This document shows, piece after piece, positions 53,048-64,000 of a stretch of DNA of 64,000 nt (its first letter is position 1; each line of letters begins with the position of its first letter). The DNA is from Sphyrna mokarran (Eukaryota): assembly GCA_024679065.1 (NCBI GenBank), contig JAGIQG010000007.1:29326001-29390000 (forward strand). Reading direction: 5' to 3'. The translations under genes were made by a program, and so were the position numbers. Under the pieces are notes generated by a model. The model saw only the letters and a program-made list of their open reading frames with translations. It had not been told where the DNA came from and did no database searches.

Positions 53048-53605
53048 GGGGCTGCTCTGTGGCAGATGGTTACCACTACTGACTGACAGCACCAGAGACC
53101 AGGGTTCAATTCCTGGCTTTGGTCACTGTTTATGTGGAGTTTGCACAGTAAGAAGTCTGACAACACCAGGTTTAAATCCAACCGATTTATTTGATAGTAA
53201 ACTCAAGCTTTCAACCTTCTGGTCTTCATCAGGTGAATGAGGTTTCTGGTCTCAAACAGCACATATAACAGCACATACTGTTGGATCGGCTGGATTTAAA
53301 CCTGGTGTTGTCAGACTTCTTACTGTGTTTACCCAAGTCTAACGCCGGCGTGTCTACATTATGTGGAGTTTGCACATTCTCCCCATGCTTGCGTGGTTTC
53401 CTTCGGAGCTCCAGTTTTCTCCCAAAGATGTGCAAGTTAAGTGGCTTGGCCATGCTAAATTGCCCTGGCCACGCTAAATTGCCCCTTAATGTCAGGGAGA
53501 CTAGCTAGGGAAAACGCACAGGGTTATGGGAATTGGCCTTGGTGGGATTGTGGTCACCTCAGGCTCGGTAGGCCAAATGTAAGATTGTATGATTTTATGA
53601 TTGTA
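53048..53605 (+). mobile_element. V-SINE (HE1-like) nested in the old CR1, itself split by a PLE element
   Basis: Head with B-box agggttcaattcc; V-domain resumes at ~53360. Confidence 0.8.
53148..53358. mobile_element. PLE-derived fold-back element with hammerhead core
   Basis: 18-bp direct repeat ttatgtggagtttgcaca (53130-53147, 53359-53376). Inverted arms cagtaagaagtctgacaacaccaggtttaaatcca / tggatttaaacctggtgttgtcagacttcttactg. Confidence 0.8.
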
Positions 53606-56600
53606 TATTCATGACATGGATGCAGAGATCATAAGTATTATAGCCAAAGTTATAGATAACATTAAAATATCCCACTATCACAATCCCAGTAAATTGAGAT
53701 AATGAATAAAAAATTTACAAATCAATATTGATTGACTAAGTGAATGGGACAACACTTGGCAGATAAAGTTGAACGTGAATTTAAAGTGTGAGGTTATCCA
53801 TTTTGGTAGGAAAAATACAAAGACAAATTATGATCTAAATGGAGAAAAGCTTCATAGTTCTTCAGTGCAGAGGATCTGTGTGTTCTTATACACCAATTGC
53901 AGAAAACTAATATGCAAGTACAACAGGTAATAAAAGGAAGACAAATAGAATCTTGGCATTTATTGTTAAAGGAATAGAATATAATAGTGAAGTATTGCTG
54001 CTGCTGTACTAAGCATTAATGAAACCACACTTAGAATATTGTGTACAGTTTGGCCCCTTTGAGGAAGGATGTGTTTGCATTGAAGGCGATTCACTAGATA
54101 GATTCCAAGAATGAAGGTTGACTTATGAACAGAGATTGATCTTTTGTTCCTGGAGTTCAGAAGAATGAAAGGAGATGTAATTAAAATGTACAAGATGATA
54201 AGGGGGATTGACAAAGTGGAAATGGAGAGAACGTTTCCTCTTGTAGGGCAATCTAGAATGCGAGGTCGTTGTTTTGGGATAAGGGGTAGCAGATCTAAAA
54301 CAGATACAAGCAGAAATTACTTCTCTCAAAGGATTGAGAGTTGGTGGAATTCATTACCCCAAAATGTGGTGGATGCCTGGACTCTCAGTAACCTTAAGGA
54401 AGAAGTGAATAGATTTTTAATTTGTAAGCGTTTAAAGGGCTTTGGTGAATGGCAGGTAATTGGAGTTGAGGAGAAAAAGAGAGATCAACTATGATTGTAT
54501 TAAAAGGCAGAGGAGGCTCGAAGGGCTGAATTGCCTACTCCTAGTAATTATGTTTCTTCCGGGAGAAATCTAGAACTAGGTAGCACAGTTTCAAAATAAA
54601 GTTTCAGATGCAGATAAAGAAAATTTCTTCTCTCAGAGGACTGTTGAGTGCACTTCCCCAGTAAGCAGTGGAGGCTGGGTCATTGAATATATTAAGTTCA
54701 GAGGCAGACTGATTTTTGAATGACAAGGATGTCCAAGTGTTAGGGAGAGGAAAAGAATTAAGGTCACATCACATCAGACATAATTTTATTTACAAATGGC
54801 CTACTCCTGCTTCTATTTCTCATGATTTATGTTTTTATAAATGGGACTCACTACATTATTCCAATGAGCTTATGCACAAAAAGTACATAATCATATTCAT
54901 TTTTAACAATCCTAAATAGAGTCTTACCACTCCCAAAGTGGCTATCCATAAGAATTCACCAAGACCTCCTCTCACTTGTTCTAATCCGCATGCTCTTACT
55001 CCTTTTCTTCCAAAATCCCACTTCAGTAGAGGCGGCTGGGGATTTAAATGGCTGAGAATCGTGAATGAATGAACACTGGCCTGACTTCAGTCGCACCCCG
55101 TCGAAGATGGGAAATGCCAGGTTCAGTAATGGATTGTTAAATTTATCATTTCTGGGATTTTTGTAATATTGTTGTTTCTCTTTGTGATGAAAATCCTGGC
55201 CACAGAGAATGTTTCCACTTGCGAGGGAGAATAGAACTACAGCCCATCAAAGTAAGACAGTCAGCATGAAGTCAAGTAAGGAAATTCAGAAAAAATGTGG
55301 TTACCCTTAGAAGCAAGAAGATGATACTTGCTACTGCAAGCAGTGATTGAAGCAAATAGCATATATACATTTAAGGTGATGTTAGAGAAGCCAGTAAGGT
55401 AGAACAGAAAAGAGGGTTTTGCTGATGAAATTAAAACAAAGAAAGATAGAAGGAGCCTTAAATGGAGCATAAACACCAACCGGAACTGGAATACAACAAA
55501 CATAATACTGTTCTACCATGTATTTTTACTAATAGATACCATAATCCTCAGAGGGTTAAGTCAAGAATATGAATTCATCACAAAAAACTGTTCACGAAAA
55601 CAATCAAAATATTTTCCAGAGTTAATTAACTTGCTGACAAATCTGGTTTTATAATGGCATACTGCTGAAATGTGCAACATGCAGGCCAAAAAAAAAGTTT
55701 GCGAAAATTCCAGTTATAGCATGCTCACTTCACAAAATATCCATTTTTTTCATGAAGTTGATTCTTGCACAATCAATTCTATAGCTCCAAAGTAAATACT
55801 TCATGTTCCAGTGTACTTTACTCAGCAACTAGGTTTACTGTCAACAAGTAGCTTTCTTTAAAAACACAATCACATAGCACAGGAGGGCATTCAACTATTT
55901 GTACCTATGCCAATTCCTTGAAAGGCTTAACGAGTTGGTCATACTCCCCAGCTTTCTCTCCACTTTTCTTTTTCAGACATCCAATTTCTTTCTTAATGTT
56001 GGTATTGAATTTGTTTCCACCACCCCTTCAGGTGGTGGAAACAAGAGTTTCACTAAGAACAATATTTTGCTTCTTTCCTTTTATTCATACAAGTGTTAGT
56101 TGTTTGCCTGCAGTTTACCCAAGATTGTATTTGGGAAAAGAAGCAGGGAGGAACTGAATAAAAGTACAAGTAAGTGGTTGCAGCACCACTGACTAGCTGA
56201 ATATAGTGTACATTATGTGAATACCTCCAGGAAAAAAAAACATAGTTTCATAAGGTTAGAGGTATAAAAGGACTACCTTAAGGTGGCACTTGATTATTAG
56301 ATTTATTGCCTATTGTTGTATTGGTTGTCTCATGGAATCACTTTAGTTTTTTTATTTACTTAACAGATATTAAAAGTGACGGTACAGCAGCAATACAAAG
56401 GCAATAAAATGGCATCTCATGCACTTATCCTCTATCAATTTACCATGGAGGGTAAGCACATGTTGGAAAGAAAACCAAATTGAAAATCTGCCTGCAGTGT
56501 TCTCGCAAGAACTGTGAAAAATCTTATTTCTTTCAAGATGTTCACGTTGTTCAGTCATGACTATTTAACCAACTGCATTTTATGCTTTCATTACGAAGGA

Positions 56601-57193
56601 CAACTACCATTATGATATAGCTTCTGTAATTCCACACTGATAACTTTCTGCTTCTCAAGACACATGCAACAGAACTTTCTTTTATGTACAACAATAACAA
56701 TAACTATTGAAAAAAATTGGTGACGTGCTAGAGGGCAGGTGCTTAATCCATTGATTTTTACTTCTACACAGCTCAGAAGGAACAATCGAACTGAATGTAG
56801 ATTATTCAAAAAAACTGTTCCTATTATCATGGATCAAATAACATTCTTCTTGGAAATCTTGGTGGTTAAAATTTCACTTGTGTTTACTAGAATGTGGTTT
56901 CTCCCTCTATCAAATTGAATAGGAGGAAAATTATTGGCAGACGTGCCATTTCTATTCTCAAACACCATAGGAAATATCACATTTTAATATCAATTGCTAA
57001 ATTTCTCAATTAATGTATAATTTTCTTCAATTCTTTTCTTGTTCACTCTCTTTCCCAAACTGATCATTCACAAATCAAGGGTAATAACTCCTACAATTTG
57101 ATTTAATATTTTACCTCACAAATCCACACTGAATTATGTCCCAATCATCCACAAGTTAAAAATCAATGTTTGTGGCTATGTTGAATAAGTTAC

Positions 57194-57276
57194 CTCTGGC
57201 CTTGATTGCTGTAGTTGTTATCATACGAGTCATAACCTTGATCTTCATAACTTGTTCCGTAGCCATCACCATATGC
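57194..57276 (-). CDS. KHDRBS3: KHDRBS3-like tyrosine-rich exon (83 nt): [27 protein letters not shown](S)
   Basis: Acceptor ctttcctttgaaacttcag| and donor AG|gtaact. Phases 0 and 2 join in frame to 17556. Resembles the SLM2 [22 protein letters not shown] segment as recalled. Upstream exons lie beyond the window. Confidence 0.88.
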
Positions 57277-58127
57277 CTGAAGTTTCAAAGGAAAGTAGTG
57301 ACTATATTGTGTAAAAAGATTATACTCAAATATTTTCCAAAGTAAAGCTAGCTTTACTAATAAGCATTCAATTATCCAGTCAAATCCAAACAGAACAGTA
57401 AATTATAATTTTGGAACTGACCTTGTACCACAATTAAACGATGAAGGAAAATAAAGAAAAGAGGTGAAGTTGAGTCCAGGTGACCTTTTGTCAAAGCTAA
57501 GCTTCCTGCATCCACAGTAATTTGTTTTTACTCAATACGTTTGTCCAGCTTTTTTCCTTTCACTTAGAAAGTATCGTGAGAAATGCTCTGTGAGTATAGG
57601 CAGCCTTACAGTACCTTGCCTGTGGTCATGTCAGTTTAAATAGTGAGGTTTGCAGACTATCAGAATAGAGCACTGATGTCTGCGTACACAATGCAATACT
57701 GACCATTGGATAAGAATTATTTTGGGAGCAAAGTCATCATCCCTTCTCCTCAAATTGCATTATCGCCGAGATCAAATATTGTATTCTGCACAGTTCATGT
57801 GACATTGAATTCTATGTTTACAATGACTTCATTTATAGTCAAATGACAAAAATCTATAGAAAATTATACATGAATATTCGGTTCAGACTTCATTCACTGC
57901 TTTAAGCCAAGTCAAAATCTGAGCTAATGAATGAATGTTTCCACCATCTATATTACAAGTTGATTTGAACAATTCCATTGCAACAGTTTAAGTCCAAGCC
58001 CAAAGCAAATTGCATTCATTTTTACAATGATGGGTCTTGAAGGTCACACATTAGGTGACTGCAACAACTAAAGAGAAATCCTCAGGCATTTCAGACAGAC
58101 AAGAGTGGAGTATTTCCATTTATAAGG

Positions 58128-59390
58128 AACACAGCATAGAACATAGAACATTACAGCACAGAACAGGCCCTTCGGCCTTCGATGTTGCGCCAACCAATAT
58201 AAAAAGCAATGCCCCTCCAAACTAAACCATTCCCTTCTCTTCCATATACTTATCAACTAACCTCTTAAACGCCACCAAACTTGGCGCATCTACAACTGCT
58301 GCAGGCAGGGAATTCCACTCCCGAACCACCCTTTGGGTAAAGAACCTACCTCTGATATCCGTCCTATAACTATCACCCCTTAATTAAAAGCTGTGTCCCC
58401 TCGTGCTAGCTTTCTCCATCCTAGGAAAGAGGCTATCACTGTCCACCCTATCTAAACCTCTAATCATCTTATATGCTTCAATAAGATCCCCTCTTAGCCG
58501 CCTCCTTTCTAACGCAAACAACCTCAAATCCTTCAACCTCTCTTCATAGGACCTGCCCTCCATACCAGGCAACATCCTGGTAAACCTCCTCTGTACCCTC
58601 TCCAATGCCTCCACATCTTTCTTATAATGTGGGGACCAGAACTTCACACAATACTCCAAGTGCGGCCGCACTAGAGTTTTGTACAGCTGCAACATGATGC
58701 TGCGGCTCCTAAATTCAATCCCCCTACCAATAAAAGCTAAGACTCCATAAGCCTTCTTAACAACTTTATCCACTTGACTGCCTACTTCAGGGATCTATTG
58801 ACACATACACCAAGATCCTTCTGTTCCTCAACACTATTAAGAGCCCTACCATTAGCCCTATACTCTACACATTTATTGTTCCTGCCAAAGTGCATTACCT
58901 CACGCTTTTCCACATTAAACTCCATTTGCCACCTCTCGGCCCAGCTCTGCAACTTGTCCAAGTCCATCTGCAAACTATAACACCCCTCTTCACTATCTAC
59001 CACTCCACTGACTTTAGTGTCATCTGCAAATTTACTAATCCATCCTTCAATACCCTCATCCAGATCATTTATAAAAATTACAAACAGCAGGGGCCCCAAA
59101 ACAGACCCTGAGGTACACCACTTGTCACCGAACTCCACGATGAATATCTCCCATCAACCACCACCCTCTGTCTTCTATCTGCTAGCCAATTCCTAACCCA
59201 CTTAGCTAAATCACCCTCTATCCCATACATGTGCATTTTCTGCAGAAGTCTTCCATGGGCCACCTTATCAAACGCCTTACTAAAGTCCATATATACCACA
59301 TCAACTGCCTTACCCCCATCTACCTCCTTAGTCACTTTTTCAAAAAACTCAATGAGGTTAGTAAGGCACGACCTACCCTTCACAAAACCA
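58128..59390 (-). mobile_element. Young CR1 subfamily A
   Basis: ORFs 58384-59437 nearly identical to the 26436-27704 and 40516 peptides. Confidence 0.95.
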
Positions 59391-60696
59391 GGTTGACATA
59401 TCTGTACTGAGGCAACATAATGGAGGCTGGGAGGCACAAGTAATTACCAAAGGCTCTATATAATTTTCTGAAGTTTAAAGTCATAGCTGGAAACAATAGT
59501 TAACATTTCAATATAAAGAAAATTTCCTGTGAAATCTAAAATCAAAGTTATGTAGCTCCTGTATGCAATCATACTAGTGTTTATCTGCATCAACAATACC
59601 TTTCTCTCAGTATATAGGCAACTAAAAACCACTTTCTGCTCCTATAAAGATACTTAGTGAAAAGTTAACGAAGAATGCTGACAAGCAAGATCTAAACAGA
59701 GGGAGCAAGTCAGAAAAAGGAAAGTAGACCAAAAGCCGACTAATGAATCTACAATGAGTCTACAAATTATAAATTTGGAATATTAAAGTCAGAAAAGACC
59801 ATAGAATAGAAAAGAAATTGCTCACTACCATTGCTTTCTCAGTTTTAAAATAAAAACCATTAGATATCTCACGTGGTTCCTCACAGGGATTATGCATTTA
59901 TATAGCATCTTTTGGTCTTCACTCTAATGGTGCTCAGGAGTTATTAGGATCAATGGTATTCTGCATATCATCCATAAAGTACACTACCTGTGGACCATGT
60001 CCTGCCACTTCAGAAGCAGAAATGGAAGCATGGAAAAACATAGGTGTTACAATTTCAGAAAGCTAATTTATAATCAGAAACTTAAAATAAGTATTTGATT
60101 GAAATCTTTTGCTATGCACTACTAAATCTTGCTATTCCTACTATTTAGCTAACATTATTACAACATTGAACTGTTTGTTCCAGGCACAAGAGTTTCCTCA
60201 GACCTGACACTTTACCTAAAGGTAAAAGTTACTGTCAAGTAGAAATTGAAAAGGAATTGTAATATAAAGTACTACTTCCGACAAGTTTAGTCTGGGAGTA
60301 AGCAGCCAACAAGAAGAATATACTAATAGCTCTTAACTGCAATAATGCAATTACTGATCAGACAGATCGCTGAAAATACCTCATACTGGTGATGGATCTA
60401 ACCTGCATGTAAATTGAAAATCACTCAATTCATTACAATTCATATTGACTAAGTATATCATGATTGATATTTAACTTTGTTAAAATACCTCCTGATCACC
60501 ATCAATTCCTTCAGTCCTCATCTATAGGTTTTCACTATTATTTTCCATTGTTCCTAATTATTCAGGCATTTAATTCAACTTTGGTTTAATGTTGCAGCTA
60601 ACATCAATTCACTATGGTCTCAAAAACAAGACACAACTATGACCATTGATGGAAACTTTAAAATTATTATCCAGTTATTTGGTAATACAGAACTTC

Positions 60697-60874
60697 AGTA
60701 TTTCAGGAAAGAGACATTCTGTCAAAGCTTTTTATCTTGCATTCACCAGGACAGTTCACAAGAATATATCATAATAAAAATATTGTGCAATTTTTACTAT
60801 TAGCATTTCTGTGAACTGTCCTGGTGAGTACAATATATAAAGCTTTTACAGCAGGTCTCTCTTTCAGCAATACT
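60697..60874. repeat. Fold-back (inverted repeat) element with a hammerhead-like motif in each arm
   Basis: Perfect 18-bp inverted repeat tcaccaggacagttcaca (60743-60760) / tgtgaactgtcctggtga (60810-60827) within ~65-bp imperfect arms. Confidence 0.75.
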
Positions 60875-62109
60875 CGCTCACAATTACCTTTGTCATACTC
60901 ATAACTTTTAAAAATACAATATTCTATGTGGAATCTTTGAATTGACTTTTTTTTTAAAGTGGATAATATGCTTTAAAAAAAATGGCTGCCAGAGGTCAGA
61001 TGACCTTGTTGTGTATTTGAAGAACCTACTCATTGTCCAGCTACGCCCTATAGGGCAGATAAACTCATGCTCCACTTAAAAGTTTACTCATCTCTTTAAA
61101 GTCATCAAACTGTTGAAGAAGCTGTGTGGGTTCTATTGTCTTGCAGTGAGCTAATCAATAACACAATAACTGAAAGAATAATGGATATGGAATGCAAATG
61201 TTACACTTCAGAAAACTATATCTGATAAAGAAAAAACCTGTATTGACCATGTGACAGCAGCTATCTTTCATAACCAACCTTAAATAAGGTTTGCTTTTAC
61301 AGTTAAAAGAGCAGCAATAGCATCTGTGCCTGAGAAAGACCCAAAGACTGCAAACTTAAGATCCATCAAAACAGCTAACCAATTTTCTTGTAACACAACA
61401 ACAAGAAATCGGCTTTATGACACGCAAAATGTCCATCACTTCGAGAAATTCTCAAAACAACTTCTGCATATGACTTTGCCTTTGACGCATTTAAACTGCA
61501 GGTGTTGAAGAAAACCATACATCAGACCTGCAATGTACTTCTTCCAAAGCAAGGCACCCATGTGAATTATAAACTATTTTTGATTTGGGAACTCTAAAAG
61601 TGCACTGTTGTCTTGTCTCCAAATGCACTTTCCTCATGTCTTTGTATGCATGATTGAGTAGGTGGGTGCCACAGCATTCTTATGCGCCGCAAACTACACA
61701 GTGCATACCACAAACCATGCACTACCATGTCAAAATATTTATTGATTATAAACATTTGTGAAGGGGACATGGATTTCAACAGTTCTCTCATCCAATTAGT
61801 AACACCACTAAAATGTTTGATTGTGCCAATAAACCTGAAGGGGAGTTTTTGCAATAGTATACTAACAAAATAATGGCTATTTCACTGTAAAACAACTGGT
61901 TTTTGACAGAACTGAAGCTAATGTGTAAAATAACTTAGGTTGATTGAATTAACTTGCAGATATTCTCCAATAACATGAATGCTATTAAAAACCGTACTGC
62001 AATAAATATCAATGTGGAACATTAACCAATAGAGTACCAAGGGCAATTCCACTACGCAAAATTGATGTTATATATTGCTCTGACTATTTTTCCCAAAATG
62101 CAGCCCAAC

Positions 62110-62380
62110 TATTTGTATTTATTTATGAATTTTAATGCAATAGAATGTTCCAAGTTACTTTACAGGGGAAGCAAAATTTGGCAAATAACTCCGTAAGAAT
62201 ACGCTAGGTCAGAAGACCAAATCCTTAGGCCTAAGAGTTAGGTTTAAGTTATACCTTAAGGGAGAAAACTGGGTAGAGACAGAGATTTAGGGAGGGATTA
62301 CAAAGTTTGGGCCTAGGCAGTTGAAGGCTGGCCAACAATAGTGGAGCAATTAAAATTGGGGATGCTTAATTAAGATATGG
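62110..62380 (-). mobile_element. L2-clade LINE 3' fragment
   Basis: atttagggagggattacaaagtttgggcctaggcagttgaaggc resembles an antisense L2 3' end; tttatttattt tail. Confidence 0.5.
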
Positions 62381-64000
62381 ATGAAATAAAAATCAATGAG
62401 AAACTTATTAACATTTTAGATTAGACCTGGAGAACTTAAACAAAGAAATTTAAAGAACCAGCAATTAAACCCTTCAATATAGTAACAGCTTCATAGCCAA
62501 CTAGATTTAATGCATAGTACTTCAAGTAAAATAAAATGAAGCAGCCATTTTGAACATTACAAGGTTCCTTAAACTATAAGGAGATGAAATGATCAGGTGG
62601 GCAATCTTAGTGAGGTTGATTAAGAGTGAGAGATTAGCCTGGACACTAATATATGGGATCTCAGTATAATATTTCCATACTATAATGTCTTTCCAAATGC
62701 CGGTGTCTCCAATAGTGAAGCACTCCACTGAAGTGGCAACATATTTGCATCATTAACTGGGGCTTGAATCAACATTTTTGACTCCCACCAAGGCTGAAAC
62801 CATCAGCTTAGTAGTAGTACAAAGCAAATAACGTACAGCATTTTATTTTGGCAGTGGAGGTGATATAGGGGTCACTTGCAACCAAAAAAATCACTAATCA
62901 GGAGATAAGGAAATGAGAGCAGACAAGGAATGAAGAGACAAGGTGATGCAAACCAGAGGAATCATTTATTTGACTATGATAGAAGAGCAATACTTGAAGA
63001 TTTGCATGGATGATCATTAGGTGGACTGTTTTGTCCTGGGTGATGTTGAGATTCTGCTTTGTTGCAATTCTGTTTGATTTGGTGATCTAGAGCTTCCATG
63101 TAGGTTGACTAATTATTAATGCGGAATGCTATTGTGTATTTCCATGCTTGTCTACCTTTCTGCACAAGTGGTGCTGTCATTCACAAAGATGTTCCTGCAA
63201 CACACCATTTGAGGGTTCATAAATCTTGCACTGCTTGACAGCCAAAGTGCAACCTCTATTTTGGAGCCAAGCCATTCTCCAATACAGATATTAGATAGGA
63301 TTCTCCTTTGTTTTTGGAGACATATTAATGGTTAATTATAGCAAGTTATTATTTAACTAAATCTTTTCATGTCAGAGAAGAACAAAGGGGGGAAATAACT
63401 ATTAAATGGGAGTTTTAATAAATTGGTCACTGGTGATCTTACTTTGCGCCCCACTGGCCATGGGCAGAGCAAATTGATAAGATTGCGCAAGAACCGAGAA
63501 ATCAGGCTTGCACTTGATTTTCACCTTTCGCAATCTTACAGATAATCGGGTATCCACCGCAACCAGCCTCACACCAGAGATGGATGTGAGGCTGAATATT
63601 TAAATTTAAGAGCCTGGGATGTTATCGACCAGGCTCACTTACCTCTATAGCCTCAATGAGAGGTTGTCTCCAGCAAGACCCACAGCTGATCTCCAGCAAT
63701 GGAGACCAGTTGTGATGGACTTGCCAATAGAAACTGAAGTCATTGAGGCCTCCTAGGGAAGTTGGGATGTTTCCCCTTGGGCAGTGCCAGTTTGGCACTC
63801 TGGCAGTCATTTTATACCTTTTATTACTTGGTAGAGAGGACTGATTTTTCATTTGTGAAGGGATCACGACAAGAGGGCATGGATTTAAAGTAATTGGCAA
63901 AAAAAGCCAAAGAAATGTGAAAAAACTTCATCATGTAACAAGTGGTTAAGGTATGAATGTCAGAGAATATCTGAGGCATATTCAATTGTAGCCTTCAAAA

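Larger units (their letters stand above)
48340..54550 (+). mobile_element. Near full-length old CR1 (ORF1 zinc-finger/coiled-coil/SGNH esterase plus ORF2 EN-RT), decayed, with several nested insertions
   Basis: ORF1 remnants VCSKCWLLE..LRASELESEL, VGTND (~49335), DGLHLN (~49585). EN remnants GVIYRP and MGDFN. RT runs to ~54450. A small antisense CR1 tail sits at ~48693-48920. Confidence 0.8.

Noticed and set aside
57300-64000. Search for the next upstream KHDRBS3 exon (RG/proline-rich)
   Set aside because: No matching reading frame with splice sites was seen; it is presumably outside the window.

Overview
This is AT-rich vertebrate genomic DNA, very likely a shark or other elasmobranch judging by its repeats: abundant CR1 LINEs, HE1/V-SINE-type SINEs and Penelope-derived short elements. 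The only host gene I can support is the 3' end of a STAR-family RNA-binding protein gene on the minus strand, most like KHDRBS3 (SLM2/T-STAR). It has three short coding exons missed by the ORF track (57194-57276, 17498-17556, 5212-5312) that splice in frame to [80 protein letters not shown], followed by a ~590-nt 3'UTR with AATAAA. The ~40-kb and ~12-kb introns are filled with often nested retroelements, and almost all longer ORFs in the track are CR1 ORF2 fragments or their antisense. The most interesting signals are: (1) a candidate internal 5' splice site 68 nt after the stop plus a downstream candidate non-coding exon, i.e. a possible shark version of the SLM feedback-NMD circuit; (2) several Penelope-type short insertions carrying minimal hammerhead-ribozyme cores, including a fold-back double-hammerhead relic; (3) a CR1 subfamily with a V-SINE domain inside its 3'UTR. 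There are no prokaryotic features, CRISPR arrays or RNA genes. Repeat boundaries were placed by eye (tens of bp uncertainty) and family names come from motif recognition, not a database search.
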